A stretch of 60,657 nt of DNA from Patescibacteria group bacterium (GCA_041649335.1 JBAZNF010000002.1:1-60657), one strand, 5' to 3'. Shown: positions 25,581 to 34,560, counted from the first letter of the stretch. Notes: generated by a model from the sequence alone, not told the origin. Translations and numbers: made by a program.

Positions 25581-25609
25581 ATTATATCATAAAACGTCTA
25601 TTTTGTAAA
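25581..25609 (-). promoter_or_regulatory. promoter candidate for the galU-SBP-Cys-module-pilin operon
   Basis: Minus strand reads TTTACA, 17 nt, TATAAT with a TG extension (TGATATAAT). The -10 ends 24 nt before the galU ATG. Confidence 0.55.
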
Positions 25610-26692
25610 ACTGGGCATCCGCTCAATGACAGCATCGGCTTCCGGCCCGGTTAATATGCGGGGTTGGGAAAAATCATAGATGAGCACCGGAGTGAGGACG
25701 GGCGGGGCTATTGCCGTACCGGTAAAGGTGATGGTGGCGACGGCGCCCTCGCGGGTGGCCCGGGACCACATCTGGTCAAAGACAAAATTTCCCAGGGAGT
25801 ACAGGATATATCCGTCGTTGTACTGTTCAATCGGCTGGACGACGTGCGGGTGGTGGCCGATGACCAGGCTGGCCCCATGGTCGATCGCGGTGTGGGCGAA
25901 GTCAATTTGCTGCTGGCTCGGCTGGTCGCGGTACTCGTTTCCTGCGTGCATGGAGACGACCATGACGTCGGCTTTGCCTCGTAGCGCGTCAAGGTCAGCA
26001 ATGAGATTTTGTTCGTCCATGTGGGCGGTTGTCGCCGCGGCGCTTGGGCCCTTGTTGTACGTGTATGCCAGGAAACCGAATGAGATGCCGTTTTTTTCTA
26101 TAATGGCCGGTTGCCGGGACTCGGCGCCGGCCAGACCCGCGCCGGCGTGGGCGATACCGGCCTGCTCCAGCGCGGAAATCGTAGAAGCGATCCCGTCAGC
26201 ACCGCGGTTGTTCATGTGGTTATTTGCCAATGACAGCACGGTAAACCCCGCAAAGGCTAGCCCCTCGACCGCTTTAGGATCTGCCCGGAACGACATGGAT
26301 CCAGTGGGGACGGCCGGACCGCTGATTAGCGGTGATTCCAGGTTGCCGAAGACGATATCGCCCCGTGAGGTGAGTTCCGCTGTCTCAAGGAACGGGTATT
26401 TCCAATCGTTTTTCCGTATCATTTTTTGCTCAACGTCACGGGAGAGCATGACATCGCCTACGGCGATAATAGTCGTGGCGGACCGGGTGGAATTGGTGGC
26501 GGCCGCCACATTCGGTTCAGATAGGGTCGAATCCGGCAACCGGCTGTCAGCGTTGACCTGCCGAATTTCCCAGCCCCAGGCCAGCATCGTACTGATACTG
26601 ACGACGCCAATGCATAGCCAATGCATCCAGCCGGGGGTCCGTTGGAACATATATCGTTGGCTTGGCGGTGGATTTTGCGCGGGTGGGACCAT
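25598..26692 (-). CDS. CapA-family (PGA_cap) metallophosphatase-fold membrane-anchored protein
   Basis: 364 aa. TM anchor, then IIAVGDVMLSRDV, LANNHMNNRG, VSMHAGNEY and GHHPHVVQP motifs. The start may be the downstream Met (MFQRT). Confidence 0.75.
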   Translation of the reverse strand: MVPPAQNPPPSQRYMFQRTPGWMHWLCIGVVSISTMLAWGWEIRQVNADSRLPDSTLSEPNVAAATNSTRSATTIIAVGDVMLSRDVEQKMIRKNDWKYPFLETAELTSRGDIVFGNLESPLISGPAVPTGSMSFRADPKAVEGLAFAGFTVLSLANNHMNNRGADGIASTISALEQAGIAHAGAGLAGAESRQPAIIEKNGISFGFLAYTYNKGPSAAATTAHMDEQNLIADLDALRGKADVMVVSMHAGNEYRDQPSQQQIDFAHTAIDHGASLVIGHHPHVVQPIEQYNDGYILYSLGNFVFDQMWSRATREGAVATITFTGTAIAPPVLTPVLIYDFSQPRILTGPEADAVIERMPSFTK

Positions 26693-26744
26693 AGGGGGTA
26701 TTTTGACCTAATGGTAAATCAGGCGTACGCTTATAGTATATATC

Positions 26745-27108
26745 TTTGCCCTTTGTACGTCAGTTGAATGAAGTCCTCACTCGTGGGGGATGTGAATGGA
26801 AGACATTGAGCACTAGCAGTCTAACCCGCTCCGGCAAAGGCGGTAGTACACCGCGCTGCGTCTGTCGATACAGCACTTACTCCAGGGCTGCGCTCAACGG
26901 CCCGCGGCGGCTGCCAAGTATGGCAGTGGAGGAATGGACACAGCAGGCCTCTGCCTGCATTGCTCCCTCTGATGGAGATCGGTGTCCAGCAGCGGATTCC
27001 CCTTTTGGTCCTGAAATAATATGGACGTCTTCAGGTCTGGCCGGACATTCAACGCGCGTACAAACTTCACCGCCCCGGCGTACGGTCGATGACGTCCGGG
27101 GCTTTTTT
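26745..27108 (+). ncRNA. candidate structured non-coding RNA (possibly RNase P RNA-like); identity unresolved
   Basis: 414-bp gap with no credible ORF. It is visibly more GC-rich than other intergenic DNA. It contains many local hairpins and an 8-bp long-range pairing (26752-26759 with 27057-27064), and ends in a plus-strand intrinsic terminator. Short colinear matches to RNase P RNA conserved regions: GAAGUCC, AGCAGUCUAACCCGC, GCAAAGGCGGUAGUACACCGCG, ACUCCAGGG. Confidence 0.45.
27072..27108 (+). terminator. intrinsic terminator closing the non-coding locus
   Basis: Stem gccccgg(cgt) / (acg)tccggggc followed by TTTTTT. The T-run exists only in the plus orientation, so it cannot serve the convergent minus-strand acyltransferase gene. 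Confidence 0.7.
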
Positions 27109-27703
27109 ATAGGGAAAAAACAGTCCCCATCAGTTTGTCGCTACTCGCTTGATATTCGCCATGGGTATATTTATGTCCGGATGGCGGCGGCGGGATTGGC
27201 TGGCCGATTGAGATATCGATGCAATGAAAACGCCAGGCAGCAACTTTCCACAACGGGTAGATTGGCCAGACCCGGCCGGAATTTTTGATATGGATCGGCA
27301 GAATGGGCAACTGGGCCAGGCGCGATAACACTACGGCGCCGGTATGAATGCGGGGCTGGCGCAAGGCGGGATGAATGTCTCCTTCTGGAAAAATTCCGAT
27401 CGTTTGGCCACTGGCCAATGAGGCGCGGCACGTTTCAATGCAGCGGCCACCGGTAGGGATGGCCCGGCCTGCGGAAAAAAGCATTCGCCGGTAGTACCAG
27501 CCGATTAGTCCGGGTGCCCGCAAAAGATGCCGGGCGGCGACATAACGGATATCCTGTTTTAACGCCAGCATGATACAGGCGGAGTCCAGGGGCCCCTCGT
27601 GGTTACTGGCAATAATGCACGGACCGCCGGGGATAAAGTGCCGTCCGGAAATGGATCTGATGTAGGCGCGTAACGGGAAGAATAACGTCCAAAGGTGGGA
27701 CAT
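27107..27703 (-). CDS. PlsC-type lysophospholipid/1-acylglycerol-3-phosphate acyltransferase
   Basis: 198 aa. IIASNHEGPLDSA (H-x4-D) and IFPEGDI motifs. Confidence 0.75.
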   Translation of the reverse strand: MSHLWTLFFPLRAYIRSISGRHFIPGGPCIIASNHEGPLDSACIMLALKQDIRYVAARHLLRAPGLIGWYYRRMLFSAGRAIPTGGRCIETCRASLASGQTIGIFPEGDIHPALRQPRIHTGAVVLSRLAQLPILPIHIKNSGRVWPIYPLWKVAAWRFHCIDISIGQPIPPPPSGHKYTHGEYQASSDKLMGTVFSL

Positions 27704-27712
27704 GTAGGGTGG

Positions 27713-28039
27713 TTATTTACCGCTAAGTTCCAGGACAACAACAGACGCCAAGCCCAGCACGATGCCGGCGATCTGCCAGCCCGACAGGCCTTCCTTGAAA
27801 TACAGCCAGCTGACGACGGCTAAGGTGACGACGTTAAACAACACGAAGACGACAGACGCGACGGCGATATTTTTGTGTTTGAAGCTTTGGGCCAGGAACA
27901 GCATGCCAACCATATAAATAACCAGCCCGATAATGTAGAATAACCGGCGATTCGAATTAACCCACTGTTTCATAAATAGGTCGCCCGCGGTCAAAATGAC
28001 GCCGCCCAGGAGCAAGAGGATAAGGGGGTATATTTTCAT
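27713..28039 (-). CDS. small 4-TM EamA/SMR-like transporter (ArnE/F-like size class)
   Basis: 108 aa with four hydrophobic helices. LTAGDLFMKQW near the N-terminus. Confidence 0.5.
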   Translation of the reverse strand: MKIYPLILLLLGGVILTAGDLFMKQWVNSNRRLFYIIGLVIYMVGMLFLAQSFKHKNIAVASVVFVLFNVVTLAVVSWLYFKEGLSGWQIAGIVLGLASVVVLELSGK

Positions 28040-28057
28040 GATTCAAATTAACCGATA

Positions 28058-28555
28058 TTAAAATATCGCTGTCACGCCTTTTGTAATGATAGTAACGATG
28101 ATGCCGGCGATAACGACTCCGAGGGAGATAGCCAGCAGTGACCGTTTGAACGGCATCCCGAAGAGGAAGGCCGCCGCCGCACCGGTCCAGGCGCCCGTGA
28201 CCGGCAGCGGTACGGCGACAAACAGCATCAAGGCGATGAATTTTCCGTATTTCTCCGCGGAAGCAGAGAATCGTTTCCTGGTCCGGTCGAACAGCCAGGT
28301 AAAAAAACGGTTGAAGATTGTGCTTTTTTCCATCAGCCAGCGGGAAGCAGGCTCGAGAAAGAGAAGTAACAGTATCACCGGTGCGATATTTCCCAGACAG
28401 GCCCAGACGAACGTTGACCAGACGTTCAGGCCGTATGTTTCCAGGCCGATCGGTATGGCCAGCCGCAGCTCGGCAATAGGCAGCATGGCAATCAGTAAGA
28501 CCGCCACGCCTGGCGGCAGCCCATGGAACAATGATGCGTAATCAACGGAAAACAT
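28058..28555 (-). CDS. COG2426-like small membrane (putative small multidrug export) protein
   Basis: 165 aa. LIAMLPIAELRLAIPIGL motif and several TM segments. Confidence 0.5.
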   Translation of the reverse strand: MFSVDYASLFHGLPPGVAVLLIAMLPIAELRLAIPIGLETYGLNVWSTFVWACLGNIAPVILLLLFLEPASRWLMEKSTIFNRFFTWLFDRTRKRFSASAEKYGKFIALMLFVAVPLPVTGAWTGAAAAFLFGMPFKRSLLAISLGVVIAGIIVTIITKGVTAIF

Positions 28556-28651
28556 GTGAAAATGTGCACTAGTTGATAATGATTTTTTTCAGGCGGTACC
28601 TTGTTATAGTATCTGAATATTTCAGGCCCGACAAGCTCGTTGGGCGCCCGT

Positions 28652-29137
28652 CTAGAGATGTTTTTCCAGCAGGAACAGCAGTTCCGGATGGAATTTTTCC
28701 CCGCGCTTAATCATGTCTCTGATCATGCTGATTTTGAAAAAGGTTATTTTTTCCACCTCTTCCGGATTCGGGTAAAACGGCCCATCGTATGTCGCCACGT
28801 AGGTGGTCAAAAATAAATTTCCCCGCTCCGCACTTGTATACAAATCATAAAACGCCTTTTTCATCTTCGGCGTTGTGGTGCCAATCTCTTCACGGCACTC
28901 CCGGATGGCGGCCTGCTCATAGGTTTCTCCGGACTGGACATGCCCGCCCACGGACGTGCACCAGTACCCCGGCAAAAAATGCTTGTGCTGGCTGCGGAGC
29001 TGAAGCGCCATTTCTCCCGAATGGTTCATGATGAGTACGTGGACTATCCGGTGCAGTAATTTTTCCGCATGCGCTTTTTTTACGTCAGCCTGTCCGATCA
29101 CTTCGTCTTTTTCGTTGACGATGTCAACTAATTCCAT
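28652..29137 (-). CDS. NUDIX hydrolase
   Basis: 161 aa. Nudix box GGHVQSGETYEQAAIRECREEIG. Confidence 0.85.
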   Translation of the reverse strand: MELVDIVNEKDEVIGQADVKKAHAEKLLHRIVHVLIMNHSGEMALQLRSQHKHFLPGYWCTSVGGHVQSGETYEQAAIRECREEIGTTTPKMKKAFYDLYTSAERGNLFLTTYVATYDGPFYPNPEEVEKITFFKISMIRDMIKRGEKFHPELLFLLEKHL

Positions 29138-29561
29138 TTTTTTGATGGTTATTGATTTTTATTATAAAAAATATATTAGTCGCTAGGGCGATCAGTATGA
29201 CGTTTTTCATGATATATTGGCCGGTCAGCGTGGGGACGCCAAATCGAGACCAGGTTTCGTGAGGCAGGATAAACAGCGGTAAAACCGTCGTAAACATGTG
29301 CGCCAAGAAAACGACGTAGGCAATAGTAGTAATTTTCGGCCAGAGGAACATCAGCCCGATGATCGTCTCGCCGATGCCGAGGAGTGTCAGAAAAGTATGT
29401 ATTGGGATAAACGAAACGGTCTGTGCATGCAGCAGCGCCACAATGTCTTCTGCCGGACTGATGCCAAGTATTTTCAACGCTCCGAAGTAGATATAGACAG
29501 AGGCGATAGCCGCCCGGCTGAACCAGGCAATTCTGCCCAACAGTTGGTCAGAATCTGCCAT
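29124..29561 (-). CDS. DoxX/DUF417-like small membrane protein
   Basis: 145 aa with four hydrophobic segments. Assigned by overall pattern only. Confidence 0.4.
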   Translation of the reverse strand: MADSDQLLGRIAWFSRAAIASVYIYFGALKILGISPAEDIVALLHAQTVSFIPIHTFLTLLGIGETIIGLMFLWPKITTIAYVVFLAHMFTTVLPLFILPHETWSRFGVPTLTGQYIMKNVILIALATNIFFIIKINNHQKNGIS

Positions 29562-29564
29562 ATA

Positions 29565-31040
29565 TTATATTACCTTATTGATTAAATATTCTACCGGAGC
29601 ATGATCGTCGGTCAGAACCGGGATATCCGTCGGGATGAGGCCGGTGTACCGGTGGGCCAGATAGTCGTTGAGTTCTTGGTTTGAATCGGACCACGCTGGT
29701 TGGGTGTCAGATTTTATGGCGACAAGGATGAGATTTTGCGGTACATCAGGCCTTTGTGGGTCACGGACGGCAAACACATACACTTGCGGAAATACCTCCG
29801 AAAATGTCCGATATTCCGCACGTAGGAATTCCCCTCGAGTGCCGGTGATGGCGGAGGCGACATTGATAATAGCCACGCCATTGTCATTCAGTATGTCATA
29901 TGTTTTTTGCACTGATTCGATCGTCGTCAGTTCGAAGGGGATGGAGTAGAGCGAACGGAATGCGTCACCGAAGAATACGTCGTATTTTTTATCCGTCCGG
30001 TTGAGGAACGTACGGCCGTCTTCGCCATAGGTCGTCAGGCGGGGATTGTCCGGCAGATTGAAATACTCTCGGGCCAGTTCGGTCAGTTTGGGGTCGATTT
30101 CCACCACATCTATAGCCGCATCCGGATGTTTTGCCAGGAAATCTTTGGGATATGAGTAAGCCGCCCCGCCCAGCATCAGGGCGCTGGTCAGGTTGGGGAC
30201 GAAATGATCAGCCAGCCGGTAGTATTTCGTGTATTCAAATACCAGTTCGTCGCTGTCCAAGAACATAGCCGAACTGCTTTCGTTGTTCGTCTGCATCACC
30301 TGGATTGGCAGCTGGGTGTTTTCCCGGTCAATCGTGTCGTAAATCCACACCCGGTTGTACTGCGTATCCAGATCGACAATCCGGTCGCTGCTGGTATATG
30401 CCGGCGCGAAGATCGTCAGTCCGATGCAGAGCACTAATGTACTGGCTTGGATGACCCACCGTTTACCCAGATAGAGGATTGATGACGTAGCGACCAGAAA
30501 TGACGCCAGTCCGTACATCAGGCGAGTGTTGCCAAAGGCCGGGATAAGCACGAACCCGGCCAGGAATGTGCCGACGATACTGCCAAGAGTGGAGATGGCG
30601 TATAAATTACCGACTGTCTGTCCGGAGGTACCGAGGCTGGTCATACGGAGCTTGACCGCGTATGGCGATACAGCACCCAGCAGGACGCTTGGCACCGAAA
30701 ATAACACCACAGAGGCGATCAAGGAGTTTGTTTGTATATTGTAGCTTGCGCCCGTCAGCCAGGTAAGGAAGACGTCTTTAATGGCCGTGGTGACGCCTAT
30801 GGCGATCGCACTTCCCAAAATGATGATGGCCAGTTTGAATGCCGCCGGCTCCTTATCCGCGACTTTGCCGCCCAGCCAGTAGCCCAGCGCCAAGCTGCCC
30901 ATGATCACGCCGATCAGGCTGGACCAGACGAAAATCGACGTGCCCACGTACGGCGCCAGAACCCGTGAGCCGACCAGTTCATAGATCATGACTGCCGCCC
31001 CGCAGAGGAAGACGATTGTTTCGAGGGTATATTTTTTCAT
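29565..31040 (-). CDS. membrane-domain-fused spermidine synthase-like (class I SAM-fold aminopropyltransferase-like) protein
   Basis: Start moved to the ATG at 31038-31040 (MKKYTLETIVFLCGAAVMIYELVGSRVLAPY), which abuts the upstream stop. The N-terminal half has about 7 TM segments. The C-terminal half has LMLGGAAYSYPKDF and VEIDP motifs of spermidine-synthase-type folds. Confidence 0.65.
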   Translation of the reverse strand: MKKYTLETIVFLCGAAVMIYELVGSRVLAPYVGTSIFVWSSLIGVIMGSLALGYWLGGKVADKEPAAFKLAIIILGSAIAIGVTTAIKDVFLTWLTGASYNIQTNSLIASVVLFSVPSVLLGAVSPYAVKLRMTSLGTSGQTVGNLYAISTLGSIVGTFLAGFVLIPAFGNTRLMYGLASFLVATSSILYLGKRWVIQASTLVLCIGLTIFAPAYTSSDRIVDLDTQYNRVWIYDTIDRENTQLPIQVMQTNNESSSAMFLDSDELVFEYTKYYRLADHFVPNLTSALMLGGAAYSYPKDFLAKHPDAAIDVVEIDPKLTELAREYFNLPDNPRLTTYGEDGRTFLNRTDKKYDVFFGDAFRSLYSIPFELTTIESVQKTYDILNDNGVAIINVASAITGTRGEFLRAEYRTFSEVFPQVYVFAVRDPQRPDVPQNLILVAIKSDTQPAWSDSNQELNDYLAHRYTGLIPTDIPVLTDDHAPVEYLINKVI

Positions 31041-31041
31041 A

Positions 31042-31392
31042 TCAGGCAAGTTTTGAGCCATTCGGCACTGGCCGCTCGGGCTGGGCCAGTATAACTTTTC
31101 CACCATCCAGCACGAAGCCGGTTGTCAGGACCTCTGAGGTAAACGGCCCGATCTGTTTCGGAGGGAAATTTGTCACGCAGATGACCTGCTTCCCGATTAG
31201 TTCTTCTTTTGTATAGAAATCGGTGATACGGGCACTTGATTGTCTGGTGCCGAGTTCGGGCCCTAAATCAATCCATAGCTTATAGGCCGGCAACCTGGCT
31301 TCGGGGAAGGCTTCCGTTTTTGTTATCGTGCCGACCCGGATATCCACGTTTTTGAAATCGGACCAATTGATGAAATTCATACGCTTTGACAA
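31042..31392 (-). CDS. csaA: tRNA-binding domain protein (CsaA/EMAP-like)
   Basis: 116 aa. [28 protein letters not shown] ... [23 protein letters not shown] is typical of CsaA. Confidence 0.8.
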   Translation of the reverse strand: MSKRMNFINWSDFKNVDIRVGTITKTEAFPEARLPAYKLWIDLGPELGTRQSSARITDFYTKEELIGKQVICVTNFPPKQIGPFTSEVLTTGFVLDGGKVILAQPERPVPNGSKLA

Positions 31393-31454
31393 TAACGGAG
31401 AAATAGGGGAAAATTGGTAGTACGTACTGTGAAGTATATCAATAATTCAATCGG

Positions 31455-32036
31455 ATGACTATGAAGAAAATCGTTATCGATATCGAAACGCAGAATACCT
31501 TTGAGGAAGTGGGGAGCCCGGATCCGGCAGCTTTAAAAGTATCCGTGGCGGTGGTGTACGACTATGCCACGGACGCCTATCTCGCTTTCTGGGAGCACGA
31601 ACTGGACAGGCTGTGGCCGCTTTTGGAACGCGCCGACCAGATTATCGGGTTTAACCAGGACCATTTCGACATACCGGTACTTAACCGGTATTACCGCGGT
31701 GACCTGTTCAAGCTGCCGACGCTGGACCTGATGAAAGAAGTGGTGAAATCATTGGGCCGTCGGGTTTCATTGAATTCTATTGCCACGGCGTCTCTAGGTA
31801 CGAAAAAATCCGGCCACGGGCTTGATGCTGTCCGGTGGTGGAAATCAGGAGAGCTGGATAAGATACAAAAGTACTGTACCGATGATGTCCGCATTACAAA
31901 GGACGTGTATGAATACGCTTTGAAAAATCGCCACGTTAAGATTCTCAATGGCGGGCAGGAGCAGGTGATTAATCTGGACACGTCAAAATGGGAGGCAAAA
32001 CCGGCGGCCTCGGTGAATTTTACGTTACCTTTTTAG
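31455..32036 (+). CDS. DEDD-type RNase H-fold 3'-5' exonuclease-like protein
   Basis: 193 aa. IVIDIETQN (D-x-E), GFNQDHFDIPVL and KYCTDDVRIT motifs. Confidence 0.6.
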   Translation: MTMKKIVIDIETQNTFEEVGSPDPAALKVSVAVVYDYATDAYLAFWEHELDRLWPLLERADQIIGFNQDHFDIPVLNRYYRGDLFKLPTLDLMKEVVKSLGRRVSLNSIATASLGTKKSGHGLDAVRWWKSGELDKIQKYCTDDVRITKDVYEYALKNRHVKILNGGQEQVINLDTSKWEAKPAASVNFTLPF

Positions 32037-32050
32037 GCTACCGGCAATAC

Positions 32051-32079
32051 TTGACGAGTCGGAATTGCAGGGCTAAGAT
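32051..32079 (+). promoter_or_regulatory. promoter candidate for the OPT transporter gene
   Basis: TTGACG, 17 nt, TAAGAT, about 85 nt upstream of the GTG start. Confidence 0.5.
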
Positions 32080-32165
32080 AAGCCAATGCTCATTTTTATA
32101 GTGGACATTGACAATTTGCAATAAAAATACAGGAAACAGAACGAGAACAACAAAGGAGGTTTGTC

Positions 32166-33983
32166 GTGAAACAGCGTGAAGTTACGTGGCAGTCACTAAC
32201 AGGAGCCTTATGGATTTCCGCGGTACTGTCAGCGGCATATGTCTACATCGTGCTCAAGCTCGGCATGGGCCCCAACATGTCGGTGTTGGCGGCAGTGATG
32301 GGCGCGCCGTGGTTGCTTGTTGCCGCCCGAAAAACACGCGGGTACAATAAGCTCCAAAACAACGTCATCCAAACAGCTGCGACTGCGGCCACGTCGATGG
32401 CATTCATGTGTGTTGTCGCCGCGGCGTTTGGTTACCTCGAGCTTAATGAGTCAATCAAGCAGGACATCCATGTGGTGATAACGCCCTGGCGAATGTTCTG
32501 GTGGCTCATCGTTTCCGGAGCGCTCGGGGTGCTGATCGCCTCAGTTTTCCGTAGCTATTTTGTCGACGACCCGAAGATGATTTTTGCCGACGGCATTGCC
32601 TCAGCAAAAACCATTGAGATGCTGGATGCGACAAAAGAACAGGCCGGCAAGCAACTTCCGGCATTCTGGTGGAGCGCAGTTGCTTCTGCGGCACTCGCTT
32701 TTTTACGGGACGCGCTGGCGAAAGCGCCAAGTTTGTATTTTGCCGCCAGGTATCGTGTCGGGCTGGAGTGGAGTTTTCTCACCTTTGGTACCGGCATGCT
32801 GGTCGGCATTCGCGTCGGGCTTTCTATGCTCGCCGGCACGATTGTGGTCTGGATATTCGGTTCAACGGTCATTGACCAAGCCGGCCTCGCGATCGTGAAG
32901 AATATGGTCTCGCCTGAGTATTGGCAACAGGTGCTGGCTTGCGCCAATATTCCGGCCTCCTCATTGAGTCCCGAGCAGACGACCGTGCTCAAGGAGCATG
33001 GCAGCATAATGCTGCGATATATCACCGGCGATCATTTCCCCATCACTATGCTATGGTTCATGTGGCCGGCAACCGCCCTCATGCTGACGGAAGCGCTGAC
33101 AACGGTGCTGTTCCAGTGGCGGTCGATCGTCGGGGTATTCCGGAATCTGTCAGTCCGGTCGTCTGTCGTCGGGTACGAGGTATCCATGCGCGCCATATTC
33201 ATCTGGGTTATTCTCCTGACGGTCGCGCTCGGCATCCTCGGGCATTACTTTTTCATGATTCCCGTTTGGATGACTATTGCCATGGTTCTCGGATGCATCC
33301 CGCTGATTATTGCCGGAGTACGCGTTCTCGGCGAAACCAATAACGGTCCCGTGTCATTGATGGCGAACGCCGCCCAAGGAGGCTTCCGTACCGTATCAGG
33401 GGCAGTCGACCTGAATTTGCTGGCTGGAGGTACTTCGGGCGCCATGAATGCGATGGGCGAGGGAATCACGCAGTGCTACAAAACCGGGAAGTTGCTCGGG
33501 TCAACTCCGCGAATCCTTACCTGGGTGTCGGTGGCGGCTGTGCCGGTCGGTGCGTTGGCCATCTCAGTCATGTACCCGATCCTGACCGCTCAATACGGCC
33601 TCGGCGTAGGATTGCCCGCGCCCACTGGCTTGAAACTGGCCAACATGGCGATCCTGATGGCGAAAGGATTCAGTGCTTTCCCGCCGGCTGCCCTGCAGTG
33701 GACCATCTATGCCGCTGTCGCCGGAGTCGTGTGGGCTTTTTGCAAGCGTTTCGGCGGCTGGTGGTGGCTGCCCAGTGCCGCGGGCTTCGGGTTTGGTCTG
33801 ATCCTGCCAGGGACCATGAACATGATGATTGCCGCCGGCGGGATTTTTGCCTGGTGGTGGCAGCGCCGTGCGCCTGAGTCTTATGCTCGGTATAACGACA
33901 TTGTCGCCTCAGCATTCATTGCCGGTGAAGCGCTCATTGCCGCCTTGATCGTGCCATTGCTGGCGACACTGGGCTGGATTTGA
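32166..33983 (+). CDS. OPT-superfamily (oligopeptide / metal-chelate) transporter
   Basis: 605 aa. GTG start 6 nt after AAAGGAGG. Twelve or more hydrophobic segments. N-terminal YVYIVLKLGMGPNMSVLAAVMG resembles the OPT signature (Y-L-x-LK-x-G-x-T-x-s-a-S-I-P-A-A-V). Confidence 0.7.
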   Translation: MKQREVTWQSLTGALWISAVLSAAYVYIVLKLGMGPNMSVLAAVMGAPWLLVAARKTRGYNKLQNNVIQTAATAATSMAFMCVVAAAFGYLELNESIKQDIHVVITPWRMFWWLIVSGALGVLIASVFRSYFVDDPKMIFADGIASAKTIEMLDATKEQAGKQLPAFWWSAVASAALAFLRDALAKAPSLYFAARYRVGLEWSFLTFGTGMLVGIRVGLSMLAGTIVVWIFGSTVIDQAGLAIVKNMVSPEYWQQVLACANIPASSLSPEQTTVLKEHGSIMLRYITGDHFPITMLWFMWPATALMLTEALTTVLFQWRSIVGVFRNLSVRSSVVGYEVSMRAIFIWVILLTVALGILGHYFFMIPVWMTIAMVLGCIPLIIAGVRVLGETNNGPVSLMANAAQGGFRTVSGAVDLNLLAGGTSGAMNAMGEGITQCYKTGKLLGSTPRILTWVSVAAVPVGALAISVMYPILTAQYGLGVGLPAPTGLKLANMAILMAKGFSAFPPAALQWTIYAAVAGVVWAFCKRFGGWWWLPSAAGFGFGLILPGTMNMMIAAGGIFAWWWQRRAPESYARYNDIVASAFIAGEALIAALIVPLLATLGWI

Positions 33984-34009
33984 TCTTACCGTGGGAGGAG
34001 TTTGTTTGT

Positions 34010-34041
34010 GCGGGACCCTCAAGAGGGTCCCGCCTTTTTTA
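34010..34041 (+). terminator. intrinsic terminator after the OPT gene
   Basis: 9-bp stem gcgggaccc / gggtcccgc followed by CTTTTTTATT. Confidence 0.8.
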
Positions 34042-34183
34042 TTCCCTTGCAGTCTTGACATATAATGCATCATATGCTAATCTATTGGGCTCTTTTGTTG
34101 TTTGACATATATAACTTCCATAGGAACGGACAAGACCAAATAGGATTTGGTGAGTTCCACAACTCTTAACTCAAGGAGGACGC

Positions 34184-34501
34184 ATGTTGCGTTCCAACTC
34201 TCTGAAGATGGTAGGACTGCTGCTCATCGCGGTGTTCCTGCTGGTTTCCATTTCCGCCCCGGCATTCGCCAAGGGCTCCGGTAAGTACGATAAGTACGCA
34301 CCGAAACAGACGAGTCAGCACCAGAGTGCTGGCAAGGACAATGGGATTTCCATGCCGGTCAAAGCTGGCGCCGGAATCCTCATCATTTTTGTCGCCGGTG
34401 GCTGGATTATGGGCAGGCGGTCCGATGGCACAGTGACTCCATTGGCCAGGGTCGACAGTGCGACGCCGCGGGGTGACATCTCCAAGAACAGCGGTCGGTA
34501 G
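34184..34501 (+). CDS. small secreted/membrane protein, unknown function
   Basis: 105 aa. ATG 6 nt after AAGGAGG. Signal peptide ..SAPAFA, a polar linker, one TM (AGAGILIIFVAGGWIMGRR), then a 30-aa tail. I recognise no family. Confidence 0.5.
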   Translation: MLRSNSLKMVGLLLIAVFLLVSISAPAFAKGSGKYDKYAPKQTSQHQSAGKDNGISMPVKAGAGILIIFVAGGWIMGRRSDGTVTPLARVDSATPRGDISKNSGR

Positions 34502-34560
34502 TATCTACAGAGGTTGCGGAGGGCCAATCCTGGTCCTCCGCTGCCGGAAACGGAGTCTTA

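Noticed and set aside
25680-26711. 343-aa plus-strand ORF, and other long antisense ORFs (e.g. 22276..22836, 44816..45634, 39265..39771, 16840..17319)
   Set aside because: They lie opposite genes with strong family motifs (CapA, the Cys-module protein, the FG-GAP protein, the ABC permease). Such stop-free antisense frames are typical of GC-richer coding DNA and carry no motifs.
26785-27005. tmRNA identity for the structured locus (a 5' GGGGGAUGUGAAUGGAAGAC resembles tmRNA 5' ends and could pair with AUUCCCC at 26996)
   Set aside because: There is no T-arm (GGUUCGAAUCC-like) next to the putative acceptor strand, no tag ORF ending in a hydrophobic ALAA-type tail plus stop, and the implied length of about 220 nt is too short.
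26746-27288. 180-aa ORF covering the non-coding locus
   Set aside because: It is Arg/Cys/Ser-rich, has no start context, reads straight through an intrinsic terminator, and overlaps the acyltransferase gene on the other strand.
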